Notes under the pieces: model-generated
The model's input: only the letters and a program-made list of their open reading frames with translations
Databases searched by the model: none
What the model was told of the DNA's origin: nothing
Source: Cenococcum geophilum
Taxonomy: Eukaryota
Reading direction: 5' to 3'
Assembly (NCBI GenBank): GCA_050273025.1
Contig: CP158636.1
Span: forward strand, 2,604,001-2,668,000
DNA: 64,000 nucleotides
Translations under genes and position numbers: made by a program
Shown: one piece after another, positions 35,801 through 48,430 of the stretch
Position numbering within the stretch: the first letter of the stretch is position 1
Layout of the letters: each line of letters opens with the position of its first letter

Positions 35801-38800
35801 GCCCTTTGATATGACTCGCCTAGGAGTGAGCTCAGCTCCGTATCGAGTCCTTTTCGAGCCTTCTCAATCTGTTCCTGGGCTTGCTCAAACTGGTTGTTGT
35901 GGATGTTGAGAATGGATCCGAAAAAGGCCTTGTCAGGAGACTGCTCTTTCATGACCACTAGATAGTTATTCATATCTGAAAACTTGCCGAGACCCCAGGC
36001 GGCGGTGGCAGCTAAAGGGGCAATGGCTTTCCGGTACTCTGGTGAGGCGTGTGTCCACTTATCCTTGGCAAGACTAGACAGGAGGTCCCATTCGCCAAGG
36101 GCATGTAAACAGCGCATTTTACCCATGGTAATTTCGAATGACTCTGGCTCTTCCTTCTCTCTCCTCTGGTATGAGTTCAAAGCATCCTCCCACTTCTGCA
36201 ATTTTTCGAACCATGTCTCTTTCAGCTCGACGTCTTGGTAATTCTGAGCTTTTCGCAGGATACCGAACGCAGCATCAGTTTGTTGTAGCTGATTATTGAT
36301 GCTTATCAATGCTTCTACCGCACTTGCATTCTGCTCTGCGTTGAATTCTAGTTCTTTGTAATGCAATGCCTTCGCAAATGCGTGGCATTTCGCAGCGTAC
36401 ATACCAAGAATGCGGACATCGATTGGTAAGGCCTTGTCGTCATGCTCCATAAACTCTGCGAGGTTGAGCAATATTTGGAGGATCTCTGGCGGGATATTCG
36501 GAGATGTGAGCGCAGTTTCAATAGATCGGACTAATTCTTCTTGGTATTGATCGTAGAGTTCCGTCCAACATGATACGAAGGCAGAATTAAAGAGGCTCTT
36601 CGCAATAGGATTATAGATGCTGGCTAACGGAGTGCAGGCACGGAGCGCCTGCTGGGGCGACTCTCGGAGTAGTTCAACGCTAAAGCGCCTCATCCATTCA
36701 ATCCAATCTTCTCGTGTAGTTTTTGATGATGCTTCCCATGCGTTTTTAAGATGCTGTTGATTGACTGCCAGCTTCTTCATCAGGATCTCTGCCGGATTCA
36801 TATCCTCGTCATCATCGCCATAGCGCTCATCTGGGCTAAGGTCCTGAGGTAGTGGCTCTCCCTTTTGGAGCTTCGAAACGATCAATGTGTAGTTGGAATG
36901 AGGTACCTTTTGAGCCACAAGAATCTTGTTCATGGTTGGCACAAAATGAATGTAGTCCGGACCAAGCTGAAAGATTAGAGCGCACAATGTTTCTAGTGCC
37001 GTTTGCTTAAGAGAAGTTTCGCTACCAGTAAGCACCCTAGAAAGCGGATGAATGATCTTTGCAGCGAACTCTGAGATGTTCACTTGTCTTGACAGCCTGC
37101 CTAGGGTTTCAATAGCTTGCCTTCGTAGGTTTACCGGTTGGCCCGGCTTATCAAACATTCTTACGATGACTGGAATTATCAAGTGCATGTACTCTTCGGC
37201 GCTTGAACCAAAGATGAGGAATGCGTGGAGTACCCTCTCTGATGGCAGGCGCTTGTCCGACCGATCTTGATCTAGAACACCTAGCATAAGAGGTAGGACA
37301 CTAGCAAGATAGACTTTGAACTCGCCCTCTAAAGATCGAGCGATCGCTTCGATTAGGGAGAGAATAGTTGCTTGAAGCTGAGGTGTAGCACTCCAGAAAT
37401 CTTGGATGGTGGTCAATATGCTCGGAAGGAACGGACGGATGTGCTGGCGTACAATCCGAACTAGCTGACTGAGCTGATTGAAATACCCCTCGACACGACC
37501 AGGAGGAGCGCCGCGGATGACCATCAGAAAACCTGGAACCACCTGACTTAAGAACGGCACGCACTTGAGCCCCATTGTGGCGTAGATATTCATAACCGCA
37601 TCAACAACTGCGGAGTGGTACTGAGCTAATGAAGTATCCTTCAGCAGGCCCATAAGAGTGCTGATCACGATTGTTGGGTAATACTCTTCGTTGGATGGAG
37701 TGGTTCCAGTCATTATCAAGGAGACATCGGTAACTGCTTGAGACTCCGCAACGAGGTTGCTATCCGGCGATTTCTCCATGATTTTCTGCTATATATCAGC
37801 ACAATGCTACGCCATTGAACGCCAAAATCATGGCGGATATCTTCTGTGAGCTTGGCTTACCTGATGCTCATCTGGATCGAGTGCGCCTAGTATGCCCATC
37901 AACTTAACAGTTTCTCGCCTCAAATCGCCCTCTGGTTCCATCTTCACAATGTTGACTAGGATAGTCAGCAGCTCCGGATACTCTCTATATGGTTCAATAA
38001 CATAACCAGCGTTTGTCGCCAATTGACCCAGTGCCCGCAATGCAGCGAAGCGTTTTGAGTCTGATCCGAGATCTTGTAGATTCTCTATGACGATTGCCAT
38101 TAAGTCTGGAATATACTTTTTCATATCCTCACCTCCGACTGTTGCTAGGTCACCAATGGCCTTTAGGGTGGTCGAAGCCACTTCGGGGTTCTGGTCACGC
38201 GTCTTGGGTAGAAGGACGGTGACCATTGGATCGACATAAGGTTTGATAAGCGTGTTAGATGCGCCAACAAGGTGACTTATTAGTCTAGCACTTTCTTCTT
38301 TGTTGCGCGCACTGTTCGAGTATTCAACTTCAGTCAGGAGCTGAATGAGTACCTTACGGAGTGACGGGAACACATATGCAGGGTTCACAGATGTGAGACG
38401 TCCAATGATAGACATTGACGCTTCTCGTATGGCAAATACTTCGTCGTTGAGTGCCAAGAACAGCGTTCGGACATTTTCGGCCTTTCCGAGATGACGATCA
38501 AACCGAGCATCGAGAGCCATGAGAACTTCCCATCGAATTTCCGGATCTTTAACAAATAAGTGTTTAGTATGACAAGAGAACTCGAAGTTACATACCAACG
38601 TCAGCCACACCAACGGTCAACAGCTTCTCGATGATATCGCCAACAACCTTGATTGCGTGATGACTCGTTTGATGCACAATTGGATCATTGACAAACAATT
38701 GGCAGCAAGTTAAGGCAGCGCGCTTTCGTATGTCAGGGTTGTCTGCCTCAACGTAACGAATTGCAACGTCTCGAACGAACTCATTAAGGACGTGGCCTGA

Positions 38801-40498
38801 TTGAGGCATTTCAGTATACACAGGGCATGCTGGCTGTTGTTGCTCAGCTTCCTCTTTGGTTTCCTTACCTGAAAAGTCAAAGCTACCAAGAGTATGGAGA
38901 GCTAGTGCAATCTCTGCTTCTTTTTGTGCAATGATTTGTGGGTCTTTGTGATCTCGGGTCCAGATCTGTGGAGGAGACGCAGCATGATATGGGTTCCCCA
39001 GTGGCAGGAATGGTCGTCCACAGAGAACTTGGCTGAGAAGGTCCAGAAGTCTCTCTTGGATAACCGGTCTACACGGGGGAATGTAATGAGCCATATCAAC
39101 AAGCGCCTGGGTAAGAGAGTCGCTCAAGCCACAAGCGAAGATTGGATCAAGCAGAGGCTCGATGTTCTTGCTCAGTGCTTGACCAACAGCAGCAGATATC
39201 ATGCTAAGACACTCGAATATTGGTGCTTCATTGATGTTTTTATTTCGTCTGTGCAAGTTATCATTAACACGTATAATAAATCAGAAATAAGAGATATTAC
39301 TTACGCTTTTGAGGTTAAACCATCCCGGATATACATAAGTATGCCGTCCAGGTAAGGTGCAATTGAGCTGCCTACCGCGCTCGCAATCTGACCAACCGCA
39401 ATGAAGGCGGCACTCCGATCTTTATCTTTCTTTATGAGGCCTTGCAGATGCAACATGCATTGATGTAGGTATTGTGAGGCGAACTCTTGAGGAGCATAGG
39501 CAGCTAAGATGGGAATAATGACGACGACTTCTCTTCGGATAAGTGCCTCTCGGTGGTCTTTATACCTCAAGACGATATCGCAGGCGTCTTTATATTTTTG
39601 GCCGGTCATGAACATGGCCCCCTTTTCCAGGAGCTCTTTCATTGTGAGGAGTGAACCGTGAATGGCATCGTTGCCGTTAAGCGCAAAACCTTTCAGAATC
39701 TCTTCATAAACTCTTCCAAACCAGTGTTGTCGCATTTGAGAATCTCGCGGCGAGATAATCTCAAAGCATGCGCTGATCGCTTCAGCAGCAGACTCTCTAA
39801 TAAGGACTTTGGGATCGCGCAATGCCACCCAGATGACCTCAAATATCTGAGGGACCCACTGATACATCAACGTTGGAGAATTTTTGGCAAGTTCCCGAAG
39901 GGTTAGAACTGCAGCAAACCGACGGTTCTCTTGACGATCCATCTGTAGCCATTCCAGCGCGCTTTTAACCTCAGCTTCAACCAGTTCGGCAGTGAGTGTT
40001 CCCCCAGGCTTTGCCAACCGTCCCAGAGCTCTCGCAGCAAATATCATCGCTGTAGTGTCTTGGCCTCGTGAAACGGCGCGTAGGTAGCTTGCAAACCGAG
40101 TGGTTTTCTGACCAGCATCGTCGCCTTTGAAGTCGATGAGTGCGTTGAGGGCGTGAATACCTCCGATACGTTCGTTCGTATCGGCACCCTGAACGACAAG
40201 GAGGGAGATTCGTGAGTTTACATCGTTGTAGTAGGGCCCAAATTGACCTGGTGGTAGTTCTGGAAGGCAGGTCAGGAAGTGCACTCATTCTGAGATTTTG
40301 TGAAGCTCAAGCTCACCTCTGTGAGCAGCTTCTATGTTTTGCCGTAGTGCATGAGCAGCCTTAAGCCGTACTTCATCATTCCTACTAAGTGTTAGCTGTG
40401 GGTATTACGAGGAGAGGAAGACAAGCTGCTCACTTTGACTTGAGCTCGTTGAAGACCCGATCCAGAATGTCGCGTGGAGGGCCCGGTTGTTGCGCCAT
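32868..40498 (-). CDS. TOR: Serine/threonine kinase TOR (HEAT, FAT, FRB, PI3K-like kinase, FATC), about 7 introns
   Basis: Start [43 protein letters not shown]. Kinase [36 protein letters not shown]-terminal [12 protein letters not shown]. Exons match ORFs 39301-40284, 38588-39256, 37828-38613, 33214-37779 and 32868-33122. Confidence 0.99.
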
Positions 40499-41187
40499 GT
40501 TTGCTACTTCAGACGAAGCGCAGGACGAACGAAGATTGCGAAAGAGGCTCAGCCATAGGCCAGGGTAGCTTTTGAGAAGTGGAAGAGTGCTATCGATATG
40601 TTCTGAAGCTCTGGGTCAAGTTACAAGCTGTTGGCAGGGCGTCTCAGTTTCCACACCGAAGGACGTCAGGTGTTGAAGGCCCGTGCGCTGGTTCCATCCA
40701 GCCGCATCTTGCCGTCGTGCATGGTGGTGAAGCTAACTAGTGCCACGGCCGTTTGGAGCAACGTTGTCGGAGCTTTACTACATGTCTTAAATTTACGAAA
40801 ATACGGATGATCTAAGGCTACCTGCAACGAACTATATCTGTGAAGCCATTACAGTAAAGATGATCCGAACCCTTTTTCTACGAGATTTTATAGCTCCATT
40901 CGTATTTTCAAACCACTGCCAGCAATACCCGCCTCAAATTGGCCGCCTTCATTCACCAAATAGGTGACCGACAGTCACCTCACCGGTCTCACGTTCTCAT
41001 TTCAAAACTCGTCTTATCTGTTAGTGGCACTATTGTCTCATATGAACATCTTGAGAACAATGGCAGAAAGGAATCCTCATTGGAATTATGTTCTTTGAAC
41101 GCGCACTAGAAAAATGGGTGCAGATTCTCCACAGCAAAACATTTCAACGTCCTCTTCCCCCATGTTCATAGCCCCACATCGTTTTCA

Positions 41188-44100
41188 TTAAACACCAACA
41201 GTTACAACAGTCGCTTTCGTTAGCGTCACGGGTCCTAGTAGCCCGCTCTCAAACAGCAGGTTAGTGCTGTTGTAATGCTTCCACGCGCTGAAAGTCACCC
41301 TATTCCCATGCTCGTTTCCTACAGCCCCGGATCTCGTACCCCAGATCGAGCCAGCCTTACTCTCCGATTTCATCGCCCCCTGCTAGAAAGCAGGCTAGGC
41401 CTCAACAGCATAGTCTTGGATTGTAGAGTTATATGTCGCTTCTTTCGGCAAGTTTTCGTCTCCTATTAGGCGATTAGGCCAGCAGTTTGTTACTTCCACT
41501 TGCAACTTATTTTGACCCCGCCGGATTACCGAAGTAACGTTAATCTCATAAGGTGGTAGTTAAGAGAGGCTAAAGTCCTTGGAGTTGAGCGAGACGCTAG
41601 CAATATTTTCAACTCGACCAAGATTGAGAAGATAGCGTGTTGACGACGGTTTATCGATGGACGATAGAGCAAATGAGGCAGTGTAGGTTGCTGTACCGGA
41701 AAAATGCGCAACGTCAAAATCCGAATGATCTTTTAGAGATTAGAGGGACTTTAAAGTGATCGATATACCGCCTCTCTCTGGCGGCATACGTTCCGCCAGA
41801 AAACCAACCGTCCACGAGCTGTTTATAGGCATCGATGTAACTGATTTGGCACTAACGGTCTGATTGAACAACATAGATGAAAAGACGTATTTGCCGTTCT
41901 GGCGCAGCAGAATTTGATTTGCAGAAAGGAGAGTTGCCGAATATGGGGAGGTAGGAGCTGGAAGACCTTTTGAGAAGATTGCAGTAACATCCACTGCAGA
42001 GAGAGCACTCGACAACACCGTCAGCCCAGCGATATCTCCTTCAAATCGATTGATCATCTTCGTGGTTGCATTTGGTGTCCCTACACCTGGATGAACTGTG
42101 TAGGCAGACTTCAGACCTGTCGCTACTAGCTCTCCGTTAATGTAGAGACTTAGTAGATTGCTATTGTAGACAACGCAAATGTGGGTCCAACCAGAGATTG
42201 TGAAGCTATTGGTAGCAGCCGTTAGGCTAAGAACCGTTGAGGGCGGCGACGAGGTGGCCTCTCCAGCTTTATCCCATTCCAACCCATTGCTATAGATGTG
42301 AGCGCGTGATTTGATCCATATGATGAGGCTGTTGAGGGATAAAAAAGATATCCAGTTGTTCCAAATTGCGCAATCTCAGGCTTTGCCCATACTAAAATTA
42401 AAAATGACGAGGAAACATTTGCGTATGGCATATTAATAAAAGCTTTGAATAGGGTCGTAGAGAAGGGCTGTTGTCTATCCTTGGATATTGAAACTAGTGA
42501 TACCAGGTTTGACATGCTTTCTGACGAGTTGAAATTATACGAGATGGAAATTCATCCCCTGGATACAGATGCGACACATATTTCGGTGTTTTCCCCTGTC
42601 GGAGGATTCCAAATTTTAGGGATTCCTACTTCTCGCAAGCTAAGTACCTCCTCGACTGGCTTGCGAAGGCCGTTGCTCACAAAGTAGAGATCCCCGCCGC
42701 CTGATGCTTTATGTGAGAAATAGATTGCTACATCATTGGAGGAAGAGGTGAAGTAAGGTCGGGTGTAAGCCCGATGGTGCTCAGCACTGCTGTTCTGGTG
42801 TTGTTGACGAAGACATTTCCATCACCAGCCATGGACCAAAGCTTGTCAGCAATGGATATGACATTAGCACTTGAGTCATTCAACCTAATCGCTCTCGGTG
42901 GATGGGACGCTAGTACCAAGCTGCAGGATAGGCACGCCTCCTTGGGCTAGTTCAAGTACTTTGGACATAGTGGTAGCGCTTGCCGAGAGAAAATCGGGGA
43001 ACACAAGTAGACTATACGAAGTACCGGATGGATAAGATGCCCTTTTATTGACAGCTGTCATGTTAAGAAGATTGGCTCGCGAGAGGATGCTTGCTTGGTA
43101 TTTCAGTGGAACAAGGTACGAGCTATTATAGGTGATGGCTAGAGAAGCTGTAAGCTTTGCGGTGTATGGGAATTGAACGAGCGACTTTATTTTGAGTGTA
43201 GCTCCAAAGTCTCCATATATACACGAGGTGAGTGACAAGAAGATGACGATGATCCACAATTGCCACTGTAAACAGCGCCACTTAGTCGGTAATAGGTAAT
43301 GGAAATAGGTAGTGAGACATATGATGGCATGAAACAGGGTGGTGAGTCATAAGGTAGTGCAAGCTTTGGTACCGATAGTTGGTTACAGAAGCTGATAGCT
43401 CTTCGCCAACGAAGCAAGCAACTTCGGTAACCTTTACCGCATTCCGAAGTAACAGGGATGACCTAACAAGATGTTGACTCCAACCGACAGACTGCTTCGT
43501 CCACGTGTTCATTCTATCGAAGTGTGATCCAAAGGATCCAAAGGTCATTCCTGGGAAAGTGGAATCTACCAGCTGATGAGCATATTCATGAAGATAGAAC
43601 CTGTTTGGGCTGAGAGTCATCAAGTGATCCGCCGCAGCTTTAAGCTGATATGGATGCTCTGTCCATCCAGAGTCATCTGGCTAACCTGTGAAAGCCTTGG
43701 AAGGAAGAATATTTATGGCCTTATTTGCGTCGCTTGAGGACCCTAGCTCCGAATAGCCATCTGAACCATAGGTGTAATGGGCCCAAAATTCTCCATAAAC
43801 GAGATCAGCAACGCTAGCCAATTCCATTGGTAAGAAGTTGCAAGTTCTCTTCGGTGAGGCGCTGTTGAAAATAACCGTTGGCGATTCGAAGCCATGAGAT
43901 TTGTGAGTTAGGCGGAAATCGAAGAGGAATCGCCCATCGCTGCTAAAATCTAGGACCTCAAGGGATAGCCCCTAAGTCTCTTAAAATCAGTTTCGAGATC
44001 ATCGCCCTAATCTTTCTGACCTGCATAGTTTTTTTAGCGACGTTCGAGACGATAAAGAGGATGATAAACTATTAAAAGTGCCTTACCAACTTCGTAACTA

Positions 44101-47100
44101 CCAATCCCAAGCCCATAGAATGTATGAGGTATATATTTCTTCAGTGCATTGATAATCCGAGTTAGGTGCGTATCAAAATGAGCATCCATTGCCTCCTTGC
44201 TGAAAAAGTCAACTGACAGTACAAAATCTTGTTAAAAATCAATAAACAAAACCGTCGGAAGATCCGCATACCAGGGGAGTCGCCTGGAGTAGCTGGCATT
44301 TCCTGTCTAGTAACAGTATATCCCATCCGAACTATAGTATATGTACCATTGGGGGGGGGGGGGTTCCAGCTGAGAATGCCAGTGGAGCTCATCTTACTGC
44401 TGATATCAATGATTGTTGCACAGGATCGACACTCGAGCTAATGTTTGAAATGTTTGAAATTGAACGTGGGTCGAATGAAATTGTTCCAGGAGCGCCATGG
44501 GCCTTGACAGCCCAATTTGGAAGCCACGGTGATGAAGAGATATCAATACCTGTAACCCAGGACGGCCCTGTGGGCACGAAACAATAATATTTGGCTGTGA
44601 CAGCAGAGAAAGTGAGAATGGATGGAGCGTCCATCTGCCGTAGAGCAGGAGCTGAAACACTAACAGAGATTTTCGTCCATGTATTAGTATCGTTCGAGGC
44701 TTGCAACGTCCAAGATGGAGGGAAGTTACGGGCTCCGTCGAACGCGTTTTTGGGTGCCCCGGAATTCGGTAGATAGCAACCGCTTAGGCCGTAAAATAGT
44801 CTTTCATCGCGAGATCTATATACGAAGCGACAGAACTTAGCCTCAGTGGCATGCTCCAGTTGGTGGTGCTAGCGATATTTGTTGCTTAGACCAGGCCGTT
44901 AAGGCTCAAGTTGACCAGGGCATCTCGGAAGACCACTCCCTCGCCTGGCTGAGCAGGGTAGGCAAAGGTGAAGAGATCTTTGTAGACACCCATCCTGCTG
45001 AAAGGCTATAGTAGATGTGTAGAGGACTGATCTACTCACCCGAGTTTCCGTCCATACCAGCTCTTTCATTGTCATATTGACAGGCAGATTTTTGCTCCCA
45101 ATACCAGAGTAGCCAGGCGTATTGCATAGACTGTATGGACCAAAAGATCCAACCACTCATCACTCTCATATTCGATTGAACCCTGAGGTATACCAGCGTA
45201 CACGTCAGAAATAGGGGCACCACCAAGCCCTGCCTCGAACATAGCTTCAACATCTTCCTCTAAAGTTGCCTTTCGAATATTTCCATTGACCTTGTGGTAG
45301 AAAAGATGTGGACCATATGAGATGGCTAGAGATCTGAAGCTTTTCTAAAGGTTAACATGCGGATCGTTGGTACCCCCCAGCGAAAATTTTGACCCGAGTT
45401 TATAATTAACAAGCCGATTAATTAACCTAAAACTTTAATTTAGAGCCGTATTGTATAGAGCTTAATTAACATATACTAGTAGGTATGGATTTGTTTTGTA
45501 AATCCTATACCTCCGTCGTGCTTTATAGCAGGGGGTAAGCTTTGGGCAGAGCCTTGTGCAGAGCTTTAATAGAGCCTTGTGTAGAGCTTTGGTAGAGCCT
45601 CATGCGGAGCTTCGTGCAGAGCCTTGCGCAGAGCCACGTGCAGACGTACAGACGTATAGACGTGCAGCCATTTATTCTGGCGATTAATTGCAGAGACATT
45701 TGTAGAGACGACTGTATAGGCAATTGTGTGGGCGTTTAATTAATCGTTCGTACGGGCGATTGTGCAGACGTTCGTAGAGCCGTTTATAGAGCCGTTTGTA
45801 TAGACGATTATAGAGCCTTCCTAGTATATCAGTGCTGCATGTTAGTAGAGCTTTAGAGCTCCGTATTAAGCTTCAAGTAGAGTTTCGAGTAGAGATTTAA
45901 GACCCCCCCCCCCCCTACGCACTACGTGCTCCATTTACTGCGTGGGCAGAGCTCTTGCAGAGGCTTTAGTAGAGCGTTTAGTAGAGCTTTTGCAAAGCTT
46001 TATATAGAGGTTCGTGTAGAGCTTTTGTAGAGCTTTTGCAGAGCTCTATGTAGAGCTTCAGTAGAGCTTCGTGCAGAGCTTCGGTAGAGCTTCGTGTAGA
46101 GCTTTAGTAGACCTTCGTATAGACCTTCGGTAGACCTTCGTGCAGAGTCTTATGCAGAGCCACATGCAGGCGTTCGCACGGGCGATTAACTGCGGGGACG
46201 TTTGTAGAGACGATTGTATAGGCAATTGCATAGACGTTTAATTGATCGTTCGTATGGGCGTTTGATTGATCGATTGTATAGGCGTTTAATTGATTGATTG
46301 ATTATATAGGCGTTCGTACGGGCGATTGTGCAGACGTTCGCAGAGCCGTTTATAGAGACGTTCGTGTAGACGATTATAGAGCCTTCCTAGTATATCAGTG
46401 CTGCGTGTTAGTAGAGCTTTAGAGCTCCGTATTAAGCTTTAAGTAGAGCTTTAAGTAGAGCTTTAAGTAGAGTTTTAAGCTCAAGGGGAGACCCCCTTGG
46501 ACCCCCCCTGCGCACTACGTGCTCCATTTACTGTGTAGGCAGAGCTCTTGCAGAGGCTTTGGTAGAGCGTTTAGTAGAGCTTTTGCAGAGCTTCGTGTAG
46601 AGCTTCGTGTAGAGCTTTGTGTAAAGCTTCGTATAGAGCTTCTATAGAGCTATATATAGGCGTGCAGATATTCGTACGAGCGATTAATCGTAGAGACGTT
46701 TATAGAGACGATTATATAGGCAATTGTATAGACGTTTAATTGATCGTTCGTATGGGCGTTCGTATGGGCGTTCGTACGGGCGTTCGTACGGGCGATTGTG
46801 TAGACTTTATAGAGCCGTTCGTAGAGCCGTTCGTAGAGACGATCGTACGGCGATTAATCGTATGGACGTTCGTACGGCCAATTTTAGAACCTTCCTAGTA
46901 TATTAGTACTGCGTGTTAGCAGAGCTTTAGAGCTCCGTATTAAGCTTCAAGTAGAGCTCCGAGTAGAACTTTGAGCTCAAGGGGGAGACCCCCTTAGACC
47001 CCCCTACGCACTGCGTGCTCCATTTATTGCGTGGGCAGAGCTCTTGCAGAGGCTTTAGTAGAGGCTTTAGTAGAGCTTTTAGTAGAGCTTTTGCAGAGCT

Positions 47101-48136
47101 TCGTACGGAGGTTTATACAGAGCTTTTGTAGAGCTTCGTACAGAGGTTCGTGCAGAGCTTTTGTAGAGCTTTAGTAGAGCTCCATGCAGAGCTTTGATAG
47201 AGCCTTATGTAGAGCTTTGATAGAGCTTGTATTTAGGCTTGTTTTTGAAGGCCTTATAAACGACTTTGTATAGAGCTTTGAGCAGAGCTTTGAATAGGCG
47301 TTCGTGCAGGCGGTCGTGCAGGCGTTCGTGTAGACGTTCGTGTAGGCGTTCGTACAGACGTTCGTACGGACGATTGTATAGGCGATTGTAGACGTTCGTA
47401 GAGACGTTTATAGATACTCGTAGAGACGTTTATAGACACTCGTAGAGACGTTTATACGGGCGTCTGATCGATTGATCATATAGACGTTTGATTGATCGGT
47501 CGTATGGGTGTTCGTACGGGCGATCGTGTAGATGTTTGTAGAGCCGTTTGTAGAGCCGTTTGTACGGACGATTGTACAGGCAATTGTAGAGCCGTCGTAG
47601 AGGTGTTTGTAGAGACGTTCGTCGAGACGATTGTGAGACTTCCTAGTATATTAGTGCTGCGTGTTAGTAGAGCTTTGGAGCTCCGTATAGGGCTTTGAGT
47701 AAAGCTTCGAGCAGAGCTTCGAGCAGAGCTTCGAGCAGAGCTTTAAGGGGGAGACCCCCTTGGACCGCCCATTCACTGCGTGGCCAGTACACTGGGTGGG
47801 CAGGGGTGCTGCAAAGCCTTTGGTAGAGCTTTTGGTAGAGCTTTTACAGAGCTTCGTACGGAGCTTCGTGTAGAGCTTTTGCAGGGCTTTGGTAGAGCTC
47901 GATGCAGAGCTTTTGCAGAGCTTTGGTTGAACCTAATGTTTTGAAGTTCGTTACGTGTATTCTGCAAGTAGATACCGCCCGCGGGTTTTTTAGACCAATT
48001 AAAAGCAGGCTTGGCAAAGTTTGAAAATTGGAACACTGAAAGTATAGACCACTCGTACCTCGGGTCAATAAAGAACAGTTGCTGCATAGAGGCATGTAAG
48101 AGAAGACAATACCAAAAAAATGCGATAAGAAGCCAC
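41188..48136 (-). pseudogene. Disrupted secreted GH106-type alpha-L-rhamnosidase with LamG/ConA-like domain; signal peptide separated from the body by the 45388-48066 insertion
   Basis: Fragments across frames: VNGNIRKATLEEDVEAMFEAGLGG..YESDEWL (~45150-45300), NRFYLHEYAHQ..PGMTFGSFGSHFDRMNTW (~43500-43610), WTHICVVYNSNLLSLYINGELVA (LamG, ~42120-42190), TFSAWKHY..LFESGLLGPVTL (C-terminus). Signal peptide (G)TG-ASYRIFLVLSSLTCLYAATVL at 48136-48070. Many stops and frameshifts. Confidence 0.8.
45388..48066. mobile_element. 2.7-kb non-coding insertion built from hierarchical tandem repeats, with short terminal inverted repeats
   Basis: TTGACCCGAG (45389-45398) / CTCGGGTCAA (48059-48068). Interrupts the GH106 N-terminal coding sequence. 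Four higher-order units anchored by CTTCCTAGTATAT(C/T)AGT..TGC..GTTAG at ~45817, 46383, 46890 and 47639, filled with 12-bp GCAGAGCTTCGT and GGCGTTCGTACG repeats. Confidence 0.85.
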
Positions 48137-48330
48137 GGCTGCTAACGGTGTCACATCAGCGTGTAGTAAAGGCTACAAGACGGAAGAAGCACGTCTCACA
48201 ATGGACATATATGGTACGAGTACATTGTGGATGTTTAAAAAGATAATTACCTTGCAAACAGGGCTGTAACAATGCCCCGAGTAACAAGCAAGTAGCAATC
48301 CCCGCATTGTACCTGCCAAGGCTATTGACG

Positions 48331-48430
48331 TTAAGAGCGTTTTTTTATATTTTTTTTATATCCATTATATTGTACTACGTACGCTACTGCGCATGCAGCC
48401 TCTAGGCTATGGCACTATTAAGAACGTTTT
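48331..48430 (-). mobile_element. Extremely 5'-truncated non-LTR retroposon end with poly(A) tail and TSD
   Basis: TTAAGAGCGTTTT (48331) and TTAAGAACGTTTT (48418) flank a T-rich tract plus the 29-bp motif shared with 32158-32186. Confidence 0.65.

Noticed and set aside
45474..45512. Hairpin followed by ACTAG-T on the minus strand, like a Helitron 3' end
   Set aside because: Hairpin-to-CTAG spacing is non-canonical, and it lies ~90 bp inside the demonstrated insertion boundary.
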